Shown here: positions 10,601 to 19,923 of the stretch, piece by piece | Position numbering within the stretch: position 1 is the stretch's first letter | Layout: the number at the start of each line of letters is the position of its first letter | From: Bacteroidales bacterium GP1 | GTDB lineage: Bacteria; Bacteroidota; Bacteroidia; Bacteroidales; Muribaculaceae | Direction: 5' to 3' | Assembly (NCBI GenBank): GCA_001701105.1 | Contig: DAAI01000009.1 | Span: 41,100 to 105,099, forward strand | DNA: 64,000 nucleotides | Translations under genes and position numbers: made by a program | Notes under the pieces: generated by a model | Told to the model about the DNA's origin: nothing | The model's database searches: none | What the model saw: only the letters and a program-made list of their open reading frames with translations

Positions 10601-11667
10601 ACGGCCATGGCATCGATACCACCTTTAAATCCTTCGAGGGTACTGGAAAGCCCCAAATATGTGAAAGGGGTTGTGGTCTTCGGAATCAGTGCGATTCCGG
10701 CATAATTGCAAGTTACCCATATGTTCCCTTCATTATCGCAATATAAGGAACTCAGCCTTGAATTGGCAAGATCAATCACCGAAGAGTATGTTGCCTCAAA
10801 GAGGTCAGCCCCTTTATTCTTCGGAGCTACGGCAAGAATGCCTGTATCCGACATAGTAAGATATACTTTACCATCGGGACTCGCTTTGATATGCGTGATC
10901 CAGTGCTTGGAATTTCCAGGCACTTCAATAGGCTCCATCTTCTCCGTCTTTGCATCTATTCGGAAGAGCTCGCCAAGCGAACTTACAAGAAGATTGCCAT
11001 CGGATTCAACGGCTATATCATCGATAAATCCATCGGTCACCGGAATTATTCTGATATTTCCATTTTTTCCTATCGATATTACATTGCCAGATTGCGTACC
11101 GGCATATAACTTGCCGTTCGGAGTCTGCGCAACTGACGTATATTCATTTTCTTCTGGCGTATATGCCATATATCTAACTCCCACCAGATCATCGCCGCTT
11201 TCATCCACTACATAGAGTCCGCTACCGCTTATCACGAATGTAATGGTCTTATCATTCTGCTCTATCAACCGACTAACATAACCCCCATAGCTCATTCCGG
11301 GAATCTTCACATGCCTGAATGTATCGGTAGCTGAATCATATAAGTTGAGTCCGTTAGCCGTACCAACCCACACCCTGCCTTGTGAATCGGTCATCAACCG
11401 CAAAACGCGGTTATCAGATAGGGATGTAGAATCATTAGGATCATTCCTGAAATATACGCTTCTATTGCCGTCAAAAAGCATTACTCCTCTATCTACTCCT
11501 ACCCATAGAAATCCATAGCCATCCCGCGTTATTCCATTATATGACGAGGATAGCATCTCAGGCGAATTAAATAGACGTACTATACGGGTGGCATTAATTT
11601 CAGAATTGAATATTCCTGTTATGAGACATAGAAGAATAACACATATAAAATCGTACCGGGCTTTCAT
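7645..11667 (-). CDS. Hybrid two-component sensor histidine kinase/response regulator (HTCS) with AraC-type HTH
   Basis: Beta-propeller sensor repeats (GFLWVG, GRVWVGTANGL), Y_Y_Y-like domain, TM helix, H-box THDIRSP, N/G boxes, receiver ILVVDDD..TDIKMP, C-terminal HFSTAFKRYTGYSPSEYR. Confidence 0.96.
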   Translation of the reverse strand: MKARYDFICVILLCLITGIFNSEINATRIVRLFNSPEMLSSSYNGITRDGYGFLWVGVDRGVMLFDGNRSVYFRNDPNDSTSLSDNRVLRLMTDSQGRVWVGTANGLNLYDSATDTFRHVKIPGMSYGGYVSRLIEQNDKTITFVISGSGLYVVDESGDDLVGVRYMAYTPEENEYTSVAQTPNGKLYAGTQSGNVISIGKNGNIRIIPVTDGFIDDIAVESDGNLLVSSLGELFRIDAKTEKMEPIEVPGNSKHWITHIKASPDGKVYLTMSDTGILAVAPKNKGADLFEATYSSVIDLANSRLSSLYCDNEGNIWVTCNYAGIALIPKTTTPFTYLGLSSTLEGFKGGIDAMAVADNSIYIGYAGGNIGMISIDGKSTQRFKLPTTNTISSIAPYTKGTILVGISNEGVWQVDSHNGNLIKKVIDIPGKYLRIPICVVPDGRIFVSLHGVGLYLYNPATQKLRRFEHRPEDGKLTNPFVTEMKRSVDNKIWIGLYGGLSCYDLSTGQFLEINQEPFLKGATYSVAPLKDGTVLAGTSHGLIHYHPTEGVLHTYTTADGLTDIDVRTIAIDSEGGKWIGTMKGLSHMSPKSDRIDSYYGGYGLYENMFRYSDQLSSADRIVMANDLGLTMFNPVKVPAAGFHSDVKVASVLLNGTRLAPFATSGRKSFIDNEDDEPLTLYLPYKDNAMTLVLSTMDFRDAANVRYLWKFKGDKEWNSTQPGGSELHLPHLDPGTNTLLIKAIDGNVESKEKMVKIKVEAPWYMSGIAYTVYAIIFLVLILMAYMVVKKKREAKVADDRIKLFIDITHDIRSPITLILNPLKSLLNNSSDPDERQKLHTIYRNANRVLSLVNQMLYLRRLENGKMPLCCRETNISEFVGELVDMFKPQAADKKINLDFKYEGGLPDKIWVDRDNCDKILVNLISNAIKYTPNGGEINVILSKADEKDLGSCAKIDVIDNGVGLDQKTEAKIFERFYRSEEHNNNKDGFGIGLDLCRRLVSLHHGKIHARNREDNVKGSVFTILLPLASSMYEKSEFIYGEDETAYIGKNPSLRLDGKPAVLNEEPAQSKSRRHNSSGKRILVVDDDKELRDYIRSHFEKGYKVDVASDGAEGFRMMSQKAYDLVITDIKMPNMDGYGLLRNIKKNVAMSHIPVIMLSSKNEVSDRVEGWDRGADGYLGKPFHIDELDIMAVSLIDSRLRLKGKYSGAQSVDDKISIPELKGYNESLMEKVIKIVNEHLDDPDLNVEKLGQEAGISRAHLHRKMKDIIGMTPSDFIRNVRLKRACELLKKPDVEITQVAYTIGFTSQPHFSTAFKRYTGYSPSEYRARYLKGEDVEVNDRA

Positions 11668-11813
11668 GACAATAGAGTTAGATTAACGGATACAAAATTA
11701 TAATTTTTTTATGATATAACATTAAAATTCGTATAATTCTTTTTCTAAAAAATTACATAATCGAACATTCACTGTTACGAATACGAATATTGGAACCAAT
11801 AATTTCATAAACC

Positions 11814-11843
11814 GTCAATGCCCGGATAACGCCGGGCTTTGAC
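11814..11843 (-). terminator. Putative intrinsic terminator after the RSH gene
   Basis: Inverted repeat GTCAAtGCCCGG-ataacg-CCGGGCtTTGAC. Confidence 0.55.
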
Positions 11844-11863
11844 AAGAAATATTAATTGGTAAA

Positions 11864-13792
11864 TTAGTCGGCTATGCGTTTCACTTCATCAACGCATTCT
11901 ATCTCCGATATATGATTGATGATCGTGCGAAGCTCAGAATAAGAATGTACTTTAAATTGAATCCGGCATTCTACGATGTTCCGCTCTGTCTTAGTATTGA
12001 ATGAATCCATCGATAGATTCAGTGTATTTGTAATACAATCCACAAGATCGATCAGAAGATGATGACGATCGATAGCTTTTACTGATAATGCAACAGGATA
12101 TAATGTATCATCAGCCCGGTAGTCCACTTCCACAACATCATCTCCATAAGATGATGCCAGGCTTATGGCATTTCTGCAGTCGCGCTTATGCACGGTGATA
12201 TGCGATGGAACGTAATGATTCCTGATGCCAATCACTTCCTCCTCCGGAATGGGATGGCAATATTCGCACCGCTCATATTTCGGGCGTGGCAACGATTCCC
12301 TGTATTTACGCAAGGCTTTTCTTGCCTTATAGGTATGTATATAATTTTCCCAGTCATTGTCAGGAGTAGAGTGATTATCCGTAAATACCTCCACCACATC
12401 CCCACGCCGCAACGGGGCTGTGACAGGATAAAGGAATCCGGTGATTCTGGCATATTTAGCGTGATTCCCTACTTCCTCCCCCATTTCATAGGCATAGTCC
12501 AGTACTGTAGAATTCTGAGGCAGTATGATCTTTTCTCCGGAGGAAGTAAATACTTGGATGTCATCATTATAAAACGATGATACAATATCTTCCATGTACC
12601 TCTCCTTACGCTCGGAATTATCCATGGCCTCTTTTAAGACCGATCTGAATTTATCTATCCATCTCTGAATATTCTTTTCTCCCCCCTTCTCAGCAAGATA
12701 ACCAAGGCGAGACTGGGTTTCCATTCTCTCACTGCTGATATGGACTTCCTGCCATCGGGCAAAGTCTGGAAGCAATTTGACATGAAGGCTTTGATAACCA
12801 TTCTCTTTCGGGGAGTCTATATAATTGGTCATACCGGCGTGCTTCTCACGGAATCTATCAGTTAGCACACAATAAATGCGCATGGCCATCTCTTTTTCCG
12901 ATAATTCAGTGGTCGATTCATCGAAAACAACGTCTATGAAATGTCGGTATTTAAGGTGGTTGAAATCATCCCCGTATTTATGCATTTTTCGCCATAGGCT
13001 GAATGGGCTTCTAAAGTCGACTTTCACTCGCGCCTTAATCCCGGCTTTTTCAAGAGCATCTGAAATCTGCATCCGGAAGGTCTCGAGATTTTCGCGATTG
13101 GCTTCCACGTGTTTAACCAATTGCGATGCCAGCTGCTCATATTCATCCGGACACCGGAAGCGGAATGACAAGTTCTCAAGCTCGGTTTTAATATGATATA
13201 ATCCCAGCCTATTTGCAAGGGGCGCATAGAAATAATCCGTCTCTCCGGCAATTTTCATTTGCTTTTCGGGCTTCATCGACTCAAGTGTCCGCATATTATG
13301 AAGCCGATCGGCAAGTTTTATCAGTACGGCGCGAATGTCATATTGCACTGAAGCTAAAATCTGCCGGTAATTATCAAGTTGTTTCGACATTTCATAATCA
13401 GCAGTCTGCTTTTTTGTCACAACCCCGACAAGAAATGCTACATCCTCACCGAAACGCTCCCTTATATCTTCTATTGTATAAGACGTATCCTCCACCACAT
13501 CATGCAGAAAAGCTGCAATCACCATGTTGGCATCCATTCCTAGATCTTCCGCAACGATATTGGCTACGGCTATCGGATGAAGTATATAAGGATCACCACC
13601 TTTACGTTCCTGACCGTCATGAGCTTTTCTTGCGAGTTCAAACGCAGCTTTTACCCTCTCCATATTTTCCGGAGATTCCCGACTTGATAACACATCATAT
13701 ATATGTTCAGACCTTTCAGTAATGATTCGGTCATAATCCGGACGGCCAAGTGTAGTTTTGTCGATTGATTCAGATGAAATGTGAGGCTCCAT
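11864..13792 (-). CDS. Long RelA/SpoT homologue (HD hydrolase intact; synthetase degenerate; TGS, zinc-finger and ACT domains)
   Basis: HDGQERKGGDPYILHP, LHDVVEDT, KLADRLHNMRTL, APLANRLG, PKENGYQSLH; start placed at ATG 13792 because a -7 promoter element (13825-13832) lies inside the longer ORF-track extension. Confidence 0.9.
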   Translation of the reverse strand: MEPHISSESIDKTTLGRPDYDRIITERSEHIYDVLSSRESPENMERVKAAFELARKAHDGQERKGGDPYILHPIAVANIVAEDLGMDANMVIAAFLHDVVEDTSYTIEDIRERFGEDVAFLVGVVTKKQTADYEMSKQLDNYRQILASVQYDIRAVLIKLADRLHNMRTLESMKPEKQMKIAGETDYFYAPLANRLGLYHIKTELENLSFRFRCPDEYEQLASQLVKHVEANRENLETFRMQISDALEKAGIKARVKVDFRSPFSLWRKMHKYGDDFNHLKYRHFIDVVFDESTTELSEKEMAMRIYCVLTDRFREKHAGMTNYIDSPKENGYQSLHVKLLPDFARWQEVHISSERMETQSRLGYLAEKGGEKNIQRWIDKFRSVLKEAMDNSERKERYMEDIVSSFYNDDIQVFTSSGEKIILPQNSTVLDYAYEMGEEVGNHAKYARITGFLYPVTAPLRRGDVVEVFTDNHSTPDNDWENYIHTYKARKALRKYRESLPRPKYERCEYCHPIPEEEVIGIRNHYVPSHITVHKRDCRNAISLASSYGDDVVEVDYRADDTLYPVALSVKAIDRHHLLIDLVDCITNTLNLSMDSFNTKTERNIVECRIQFKVHSYSELRTIINHISEIECVDEVKRIAD

Positions 13793-13939
13793 GGTAAATT
13801 CCTTAATACTTCCTGTTGTTTTTGCAAAATTAATAAAATGGCTTGATTTTATTATTATCAATAGGTAAAATTAAGAGCATAAAATTTGCTTAAACAGTCA
13901 AGAGGCAGATTGAAGAAGATGAGGCAATGAAAAATAGTG

Positions 13940-13967
13940 AGGGATGCGCCGGTCAAGACACATCCCT
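13940..13967 (-). terminator. Intrinsic terminator after xylA
   Basis: Minus-strand stem GGGATGTGTC/GGCGCATCCC followed by TCACTATTTTT. Confidence 0.7.
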
Positions 13968-14019
13968 TCGTTTCATTCTTATAGAGAACTCGATCGATTA
14001 AGTCGACCTGCTTAATGCT

Positions 14020-15339
14020 TTATGCGTACATATTGATGATTGCCTCATAAAGCTCCTGCTTTCCTGAAGTGGCCTTAGGCTCCGGTTGTGTCTTTGCATA
14101 TGCCACGAGATCCTCAAGCGAAAGAGCACCATCTTCAAATTTCTTACCTTCTCCGGAATCGAAAGAAGCGTAGCGGTCGGCGAGCATCTTCTTATAAGGC
14201 GACTTCTCAAGCACATCGGCCGCGCAGAGAAGAGCGCGGGCCATTGCATCCATACCAGCGATGTGGGCAATGAAGATATCCTCAAGATCGGTGCTGTTGC
14301 GACGGGTCTTTGCATCGAAATTCGTACCGCCGTTTCCAAGACCGCCGTTCCGGATAATCTGCATCATAGCCTGGGTTAACTCATAGTTATCGATGGGGAA
14401 TTGATCAGTGTCCCAGCCGTTCTGATAGTCTCCACGGTTGGCATCGATTGAGCCGAGCATGCCATTGTCTACAGCCACTGCAAGTTCATGCTCGAAGGTA
14501 TGACCGGCAAGGGTTGCATGGTTCACCTCAATGTTTACCTTAAAGTCTTTCTCAAGGCCGTGTGCCTTAAGGAATCCTACAACAGTCTCTGTATCGACAT
14601 CATACTGATGCTTGGAGGGTTCCATTGGTTTGGGCTCGATAAGGAATGTGCCGGTGAAGCCTTTTGCACGTGCATAGTCACGAGCCATTGTCAACATTGT
14701 GGCAAGATGCTCTTTCTCACGCTTCTGATCAGTGTTGAGCAGGCTCATATATCCTTCGCGACCACCCCAGAACACATAGTTTGAGCCTCCGAGGGCGATC
14801 GTGGCGTCAATTGCATTCTTTATCTGAACGGCTGCGCGGGCTACAACATCGAAATCAGGATTTGTAGCCGCACCATTCATGTAACGTGCATTACCGAATA
14901 CGTTGGCTGTACCCCATAGGTTCTTGATGCCGGTTTCGGCCATTAGACCTTTGAGATATTCCGTAATCTCTTTCAAGCGGGCTTCATAATCCTCAATATT
15001 TTCACCGAGATCGCCGATAAGGTCAGTGTCATGGAAGCAGAAATACTCAATTCCGAGCTTCTCCATAACTTCAAATCCGGCGTCAGCCTTCTGCTTTGCG
15101 ATTGTCATGGCATCCGGGCCTTCATTCCACGGGAATTTCTTGGTGCCTCCACCGAACTGGTCACCACCTTCGGCGCACAATGTGTGCCACCAGGCCATTG
15201 CGAATTTAAGCCATTCTTTCATCGGTTTGCCGAGAACAACGCGCTCTGCGTCGTAGTAACGGTAGGCCATGGGATTGTAGGACTCTGTGCCTTCGAACTT
15301 GATTTTCCCTATGCCGGGAAAATATTCCTTACGTGCCAT
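14020..15339 (-). CDS. xylA: Xylose isomerase (class II, Bacteroidetes type)
   Basis: FAMAWWHT, FCFHD, VFWGGREG, IEPKPMEP, NIEVNHATLAGH, GWDTDQF motifs. Confidence 0.98.
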   Translation of the reverse strand: MARKEYFPGIGKIKFEGTESYNPMAYRYYDAERVVLGKPMKEWLKFAMAWWHTLCAEGGDQFGGGTKKFPWNEGPDAMTIAKQKADAGFEVMEKLGIEYFCFHDTDLIGDLGENIEDYEARLKEITEYLKGLMAETGIKNLWGTANVFGNARYMNGAATNPDFDVVARAAVQIKNAIDATIALGGSNYVFWGGREGYMSLLNTDQKREKEHLATMLTMARDYARAKGFTGTFLIEPKPMEPSKHQYDVDTETVVGFLKAHGLEKDFKVNIEVNHATLAGHTFEHELAVAVDNGMLGSIDANRGDYQNGWDTDQFPIDNYELTQAMMQIIRNGGLGNGGTNFDAKTRRNSTDLEDIFIAHIAGMDAMARALLCAADVLEKSPYKKMLADRYASFDSGEGKKFEDGALSLEDLVAYAKTQPEPKATSGKQELYEAIINMYA

Positions 15340-15378
15340 AAAGTTGTGTCTTTTATTGGGTTTGTATATTAGTGTTAA

Positions 15379-16863
15379 TTAGTTTAATTCTTTGGACAGA
15401 TATTCTTTCCATCGCTCGTATGCCTCCAGGTAGGGTGCTCTGTCGGCAGCAGGATGAATGGTCGCAATTGTCTTGAGGGTTCCGAAGGCTTCATTATTAT
15501 CCTTGTAGATACCGGCTCCTATCCCCGCGCCTTTTGCCGCGCCGGCCGCTCCATCGGTATCCACGAGATCTATGGTTGCCCCCGATACAGAGGCAAGAGT
15601 ATCCCTGAACACCGGGCTCAGGAACATATTTGCGTTGCCTGCATGGATATTTTTAATATCGAGACCAATCTTCTCCATTATCTCCATGCCGTACATGAAG
15701 GAGAATACTATACCCTCCTGTGAGGCTCGTAATAGATGCCTGCGATCATGGATATTGAAGTTGATTCCATGGAATGAACACCCTATCTCTTTATTTTCCA
15801 GAACTCTCTCTGCTCCATTGCCAAATGGCAACACAGAAACGCCATTACTTCCAACCGGAATCTCGGCGGCAAGCATATTCATCTCATCGTATGAGCAACC
15901 CTCAGGGGCGATGTTTCTCTTGCACCATGAATTAAGTATTCCGGTTCCGTTAATGCAGGTCATCACGCCGATGCGGGGTGCCTCGGATGTATGATTGACA
16001 TGAGCAAAGTTGTTCACGCGCGATTTTGGATCATAATCCACAACGCCATTTATTCCGTAAACCACTCCTGAAGTACCTGCTGTAGAGGCAACTTCCCCTG
16101 GATTGAATACATTTAACGATAGTGCATTATTAGGCTGATCCCCGGCGCGATAAGTGATGGGAGTACCCTCGGCTAATCCGAATTCCTTGGCCGCCTTCGC
16201 GGTTACTCTGCCCTGCTCCGAGAAGGTGGGTTGCACTTTAGGGAAAATGTCATGATCATAACCCATGAAATCCATGAGGAAATGTGCAGGACCATTCTCC
16301 TTGAAATCCCATAACATATATTCGGACAATCCTTCAGGATTCGTACAAATTTCTCCGGTAAGGCGATAGGCCACATAATCGGCCGGAAGCATTACTTTAT
16401 ATATCTTCTCGAAAACTTCCGGCTCATTCCTTTTTACCCATTGCAGTTTTGCCGCAGTGAAATTGCCGGGAGAATTTAATAGATGGCTAAGGCACTGTTC
16501 GGCTCCAAGTTCACGAAAGGCCTCTTCGCCATAACCGACTGCACGCGAATCGCACCATATAATTGAATCACGGAGTAGTTTTCCATCTTTATCAATAGCC
16601 ACAAGTCCGTGCATCTGGTATGAAAGGCCTATAGCTTTTATTTCTTCCGGCTTTATACCGGCTTTTGCAATAACCGAGGCCGTGGCTTCCTTAAGATACG
16701 CAATCCAGTCATTGGGATCCTGCTCAGCCCATCCGGGTTTGACGGCCTTTATCGGAGCTTCACGCTTTGGAAAGAAATCTGAAGCTATGCATTCTCCGCT
16801 CGAGGCATCCACCAGAGCCGCTTTTACGGACGAGGTCCCTAAATCATAACCTAATAAATACAT
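15379..16863 (-). CDS. xylB: Xylulokinase (FGGY family)
   Basis: LGYDLGTSSVK, SYQMHG, IIWCDSRA, GDQPNNA motifs; directly upstream of xylA. Confidence 0.95.
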   Translation of the reverse strand: MYLLGYDLGTSSVKAALVDASSGECIASDFFPKREAPIKAVKPGWAEQDPNDWIAYLKEATASVIAKAGIKPEEIKAIGLSYQMHGLVAIDKDGKLLRDSIIWCDSRAVGYGEEAFRELGAEQCLSHLLNSPGNFTAAKLQWVKRNEPEVFEKIYKVMLPADYVAYRLTGEICTNPEGLSEYMLWDFKENGPAHFLMDFMGYDHDIFPKVQPTFSEQGRVTAKAAKEFGLAEGTPITYRAGDQPNNALSLNVFNPGEVASTAGTSGVVYGINGVVDYDPKSRVNNFAHVNHTSEAPRIGVMTCINGTGILNSWCKRNIAPEGCSYDEMNMLAAEIPVGSNGVSVLPFGNGAERVLENKEIGCSFHGINFNIHDRRHLLRASQEGIVFSFMYGMEIMEKIGLDIKNIHAGNANMFLSPVFRDTLASVSGATIDLVDTDGAAGAAKGAGIGAGIYKDNNEAFGTLKTIATIHPAADRAPYLEAYERWKEYLSKELN

Positions 16864-16912
16864 TTTTCGATTATCTATTGTGATTCGTTTATATTCTGTG
16901 GAACTTCGACTA

Positions 16913-17021
16913 CAAAATTACAAAAAATTATGATGTACGACAACCAAATGATGTTCCCATGATTTTTTCTTTAGTAACCGGCACTCCAAAATTCGTTTCA
17001 AGAGCATTCATATTTGTATCA
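16913..17021 (-). promoter_or_regulatory. xylB-xylA promoter with triple direct-repeat candidate HTCS operator
   Basis: -7 element TAATTTTG (minus, 16913-16920); repeat cores at 16974, 16995, 17016; distal 15-mer TTCATATTTGTATCA at 17007-17021. Confidence 0.7.
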
Positions 17022-17161
17022 AGAATACGGATTCGTATGTGTCCGGCCAATACATCGAGATGTTTGAAATTACTTGTATAGACTGATTATTAGCACCTTA
17101 AATATCACAATCTTCAACATACAGGTAGTAAAGGACTGGATAGCGTACGATTTCAGCCGGA

Positions 17162-17268
17162 TGCTACGAATCTTAACATCTATGCGACTTGAAATTTCCA
17201 TTATCACCAAAATGGAAAGGAGTTGTAACATAGATGCATCAACCGATGTATGATATTCATTAATTTTG
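17162..17268 (+). promoter_or_regulatory. Promoter of transporter-GH10-GH43 operon with candidate HTCS operator
   Basis: TGCTACGAATCTTAA (17162-17176), TGCGAC 21 bp further on, -7 element TAATTTTG at 17261-17268. Confidence 0.62.
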
Positions 17269-17345
17269 CGACATAATTACGATAAATATATCTAACATCA
17301 TATATGGGCCTTATCGGCCAATATGAGGCTAACAATAGCACTTAT

Positions 17346-18767
17346 ATGGAAACACAGATTTCAACACAGCAGAGCGATGAAGCCAAAGGCTTCTACAAAC
17401 TTTCCATGCTTCAATGCATCGGATTTGGATCCGGTGACCTTGCCCAGAATCTGATATATCAGACGATCAGCATGTACCTTCTCTTCTTCTATACCAATGT
17501 GTATGGTCTGAATCCGGCCGTGGCCGCGGTAATGTTTCTGATTGTCCGGATCATAGATGTGATATGGGATCCGTTGGTGGGAACATTTGTTGATAAGCAT
17601 GACCCGAAGATGGGTAAATACAGATCATATCTTATCCTCGGCGGTATTCCCCTCTCAGGATTCGCCATCCTCTGCTTCTGGAACGGCTTTTCCGGCTCAT
17701 TGCTATATGCCTATATCACATACGTTGGACTCTCGATGTGCTATACGCTCGTTAACGTCCCCTACGGGGCACTAAACGCTTCCCTTACACGCGATACAGA
17801 TCAGATCACCAAACTTACATCCGTCCGGATGTTCATGGCCAATGTCGGAGGTCTTGCAGTCGGAATGGGTATTCCTATCGTCCTTAAATGGTTCGATCCG
17901 GCAGAAACCGAGGATATGTCAACTCACGATAGCGCATGGCTTGCCACAATGACGATATACGCCATCATCGGCATGGCTCTCCTGATATTCTGTTTCTCAC
18001 AGTGCAAAGAGCGTGTGGTAATGGATAAGAAAGAGACGGCCAATGTAAAGGTCTCCGATCTCTGGATGGAATTTGTCCATAACCGCCCTCTGCGCGTACT
18101 TGCCTTCTTCTTCATCACGGCGTTCGCAATGATGGCTGTGGGGAACGCCGCTGGCGCATATTACATAAATTATAATCTTCATGGATCGGCAGGCGAACTT
18201 TCAATTTTCATGGGGCTCGGGTCCATTCCCGCTTTCATATTCATGCCGATGATTCCGGCAATCAAAAAAATGGTTGGTAAGAAAGGGATGTTCTATATAT
18301 TTCTCTCCATAGCTATAGTAGGAATGGCGATGTTGTACCTTATCTCCATGATTCCGGAGCTCAGCAGCCAGATGTGGCTTGTATATATTGCCCAATTCAT
18401 TAAGTCGACCGGAGTAATCGTTGCCACCGGATATATGTGGGCTCTTGTACCCGAAGTTATCTCCTATGGAGAATACACTCACGGACGTCGCATCTCCGGA
18501 ATCGTCAACGCCCTTACTGGTATTTTCTATAAGGCCGGAATGGCCCTGGGCGGAGTTGTCCCCGGCTTGGTTTTGGCTTTCGTGGGGTTCGACAATAAAC
18601 TTCCTGACCAGACTCCCCTCGCCTGCCAGGGAATCCTGTGGCTTGTGGCTATAATTCCCGCGGCCCTTCTTCTTCTCGCAATGTTCATCATCTCAAAATA
18701 TGAACTCGACGACGATGTGATCGACAGCATCAACCGGAAAATAGAAGAAAGAACCAAAAACGCATAA
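17346..18767 (+). CDS. GPH/MFS glycoside-pentoside-hexuronide:cation symporter (probable xylo-oligosaccharide transporter)
   Basis: GFGSGDLAQNL, DVIWDPLVG, GKYRSYL, NVPYGAL motifs; about 12 TM helices; alternative start at 17304. Confidence 0.92.
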   Translation: METQISTQQSDEAKGFYKLSMLQCIGFGSGDLAQNLIYQTISMYLLFFYTNVYGLNPAVAAVMFLIVRIIDVIWDPLVGTFVDKHDPKMGKYRSYLILGGIPLSGFAILCFWNGFSGSLLYAYITYVGLSMCYTLVNVPYGALNASLTRDTDQITKLTSVRMFMANVGGLAVGMGIPIVLKWFDPAETEDMSTHDSAWLATMTIYAIIGMALLIFCFSQCKERVVMDKKETANVKVSDLWMEFVHNRPLRVLAFFFITAFAMMAVGNAAGAYYINYNLHGSAGELSIFMGLGSIPAFIFMPMIPAIKKMVGKKGMFYIFLSIAIVGMAMLYLISMIPELSSQMWLVYIAQFIKSTGVIVATGYMWALVPEVISYGEYTHGRRISGIVNALTGIFYKAGMALGGVVPGLVLAFVGFDNKLPDQTPLACQGILWLVAIIPAALLLLAMFIISKYELDDDVIDSINRKIEERTKNA

Positions 18768-18795
18768 ACTTCATATCTAATACGAAAGATTCCAT

Positions 18796-19917
18796 ATGAA
18801 AACATTAAGGACCGCATTGTCGGTGTTTGCACTTGCAGCGGCAGCCTCTTGCATGGCTCAATCGAGCAATGTGCCGACAATGAAATCTCACTTTAAGGAT
18901 AAATTCCTCATAGGTGCAGCGATACCCGTAGGCCATATTAACGGGCGCGACCATATCGCTGACTCGATTGTGAAACTGCATTACAATTCAATTGTGGCAG
19001 AGAACTGCATGAAGTGTGAAAAAATTCATCCCACCAAGGATTTTTATTACTGGAAGGACGCAGACCGATTCGTAGACTACGGTGTGGAAAATGACATGGC
19101 AATAATAGGACATTGTCTCGTCTGGCATTCACAGCTGGCCCCCTGGTTCCCATTCGATGACTCCGGCAATTTCGTATCAGCCGATGAATTGAAGAGCCGG
19201 CTGCGCGACCATATCACTACAATAGTTACCCGCTATAAAGGCAAGATTCATGGGTGGGACGTCGTGAATGAGGCTATCGAAGATGACGGCTCCTATCGTC
19301 GCTCACCTTTCTATCTCATTATGGGAGAAGAATTCATCCCTTTCGCTTTTCAAGTGGCACACGAAGCCGATCCGGATGCTGAGTTATATATCAATGATTT
19401 CTCAATGGCACTGCCGAAAAAACGCGAGGCATATCTCCGTATAATCAAGGATCTGAAGGATCGTGGCATACGCATCGACGGCATAGGAATGCAGAGCCAT
19501 GTGGGAATGGATTATCCCAATCTCAAGGAATATGAAAAATCGATTAAGGCATTTGGAGATGCCGGCGTCGATGTCATGATTACAGAACTGGATCTGAGTG
19601 CGCTCCCCACGATCAAACAAGGTGCAAATGTGGCCGACCGTTTTCGTCTGCGCGATAGCTTCAATCCATACAAAAATGGACTTCCGGAGAATGCATCCCG
19701 CAAATGGAACTCGCGCATGGCAAAAATTTTCGACATTTATAAACGTAATTCAGACAAAATTTCCCGAATCACTTTCTGGGGTACTCACGACGGAATGTCA
19801 TGGCGTAACAATTGGCCAATGTTCGGACGCACGGATTATCCTCTCCCGTTTGACCGCAAAGGGAATATGAAACCGTTTATGGTAGAAGAAATAAGCAATA
19901 CGAAGACCCCAAATTAA
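18796..19917 (+). CDS. GH10 endo-1,4-beta-xylanase
   Basis: AENCMK, GHCLVWHSQ, WDVVNE (acid/base), GIGMQSH, ITELD (nucleophile); signal peptide. Confidence 0.96.
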   Translation: MKTLRTALSVFALAAAASCMAQSSNVPTMKSHFKDKFLIGAAIPVGHINGRDHIADSIVKLHYNSIVAENCMKCEKIHPTKDFYYWKDADRFVDYGVENDMAIIGHCLVWHSQLAPWFPFDDSGNFVSADELKSRLRDHITTIVTRYKGKIHGWDVVNEAIEDDGSYRRSPFYLIMGEEFIPFAFQVAHEADPDAELYINDFSMALPKKREAYLRIIKDLKDRGIRIDGIGMQSHVGMDYPNLKEYEKSIKAFGDAGVDVMITELDLSALPTIKQGANVADRFRLRDSFNPYKNGLPENASRKWNSRMAKIFDIYKRNSDKISRITFWGTHDGMSWRNNWPMFGRTDYPLPFDRKGNMKPFMVEEISNTKTPN

Positions 19918-19923
19918 TTACAT

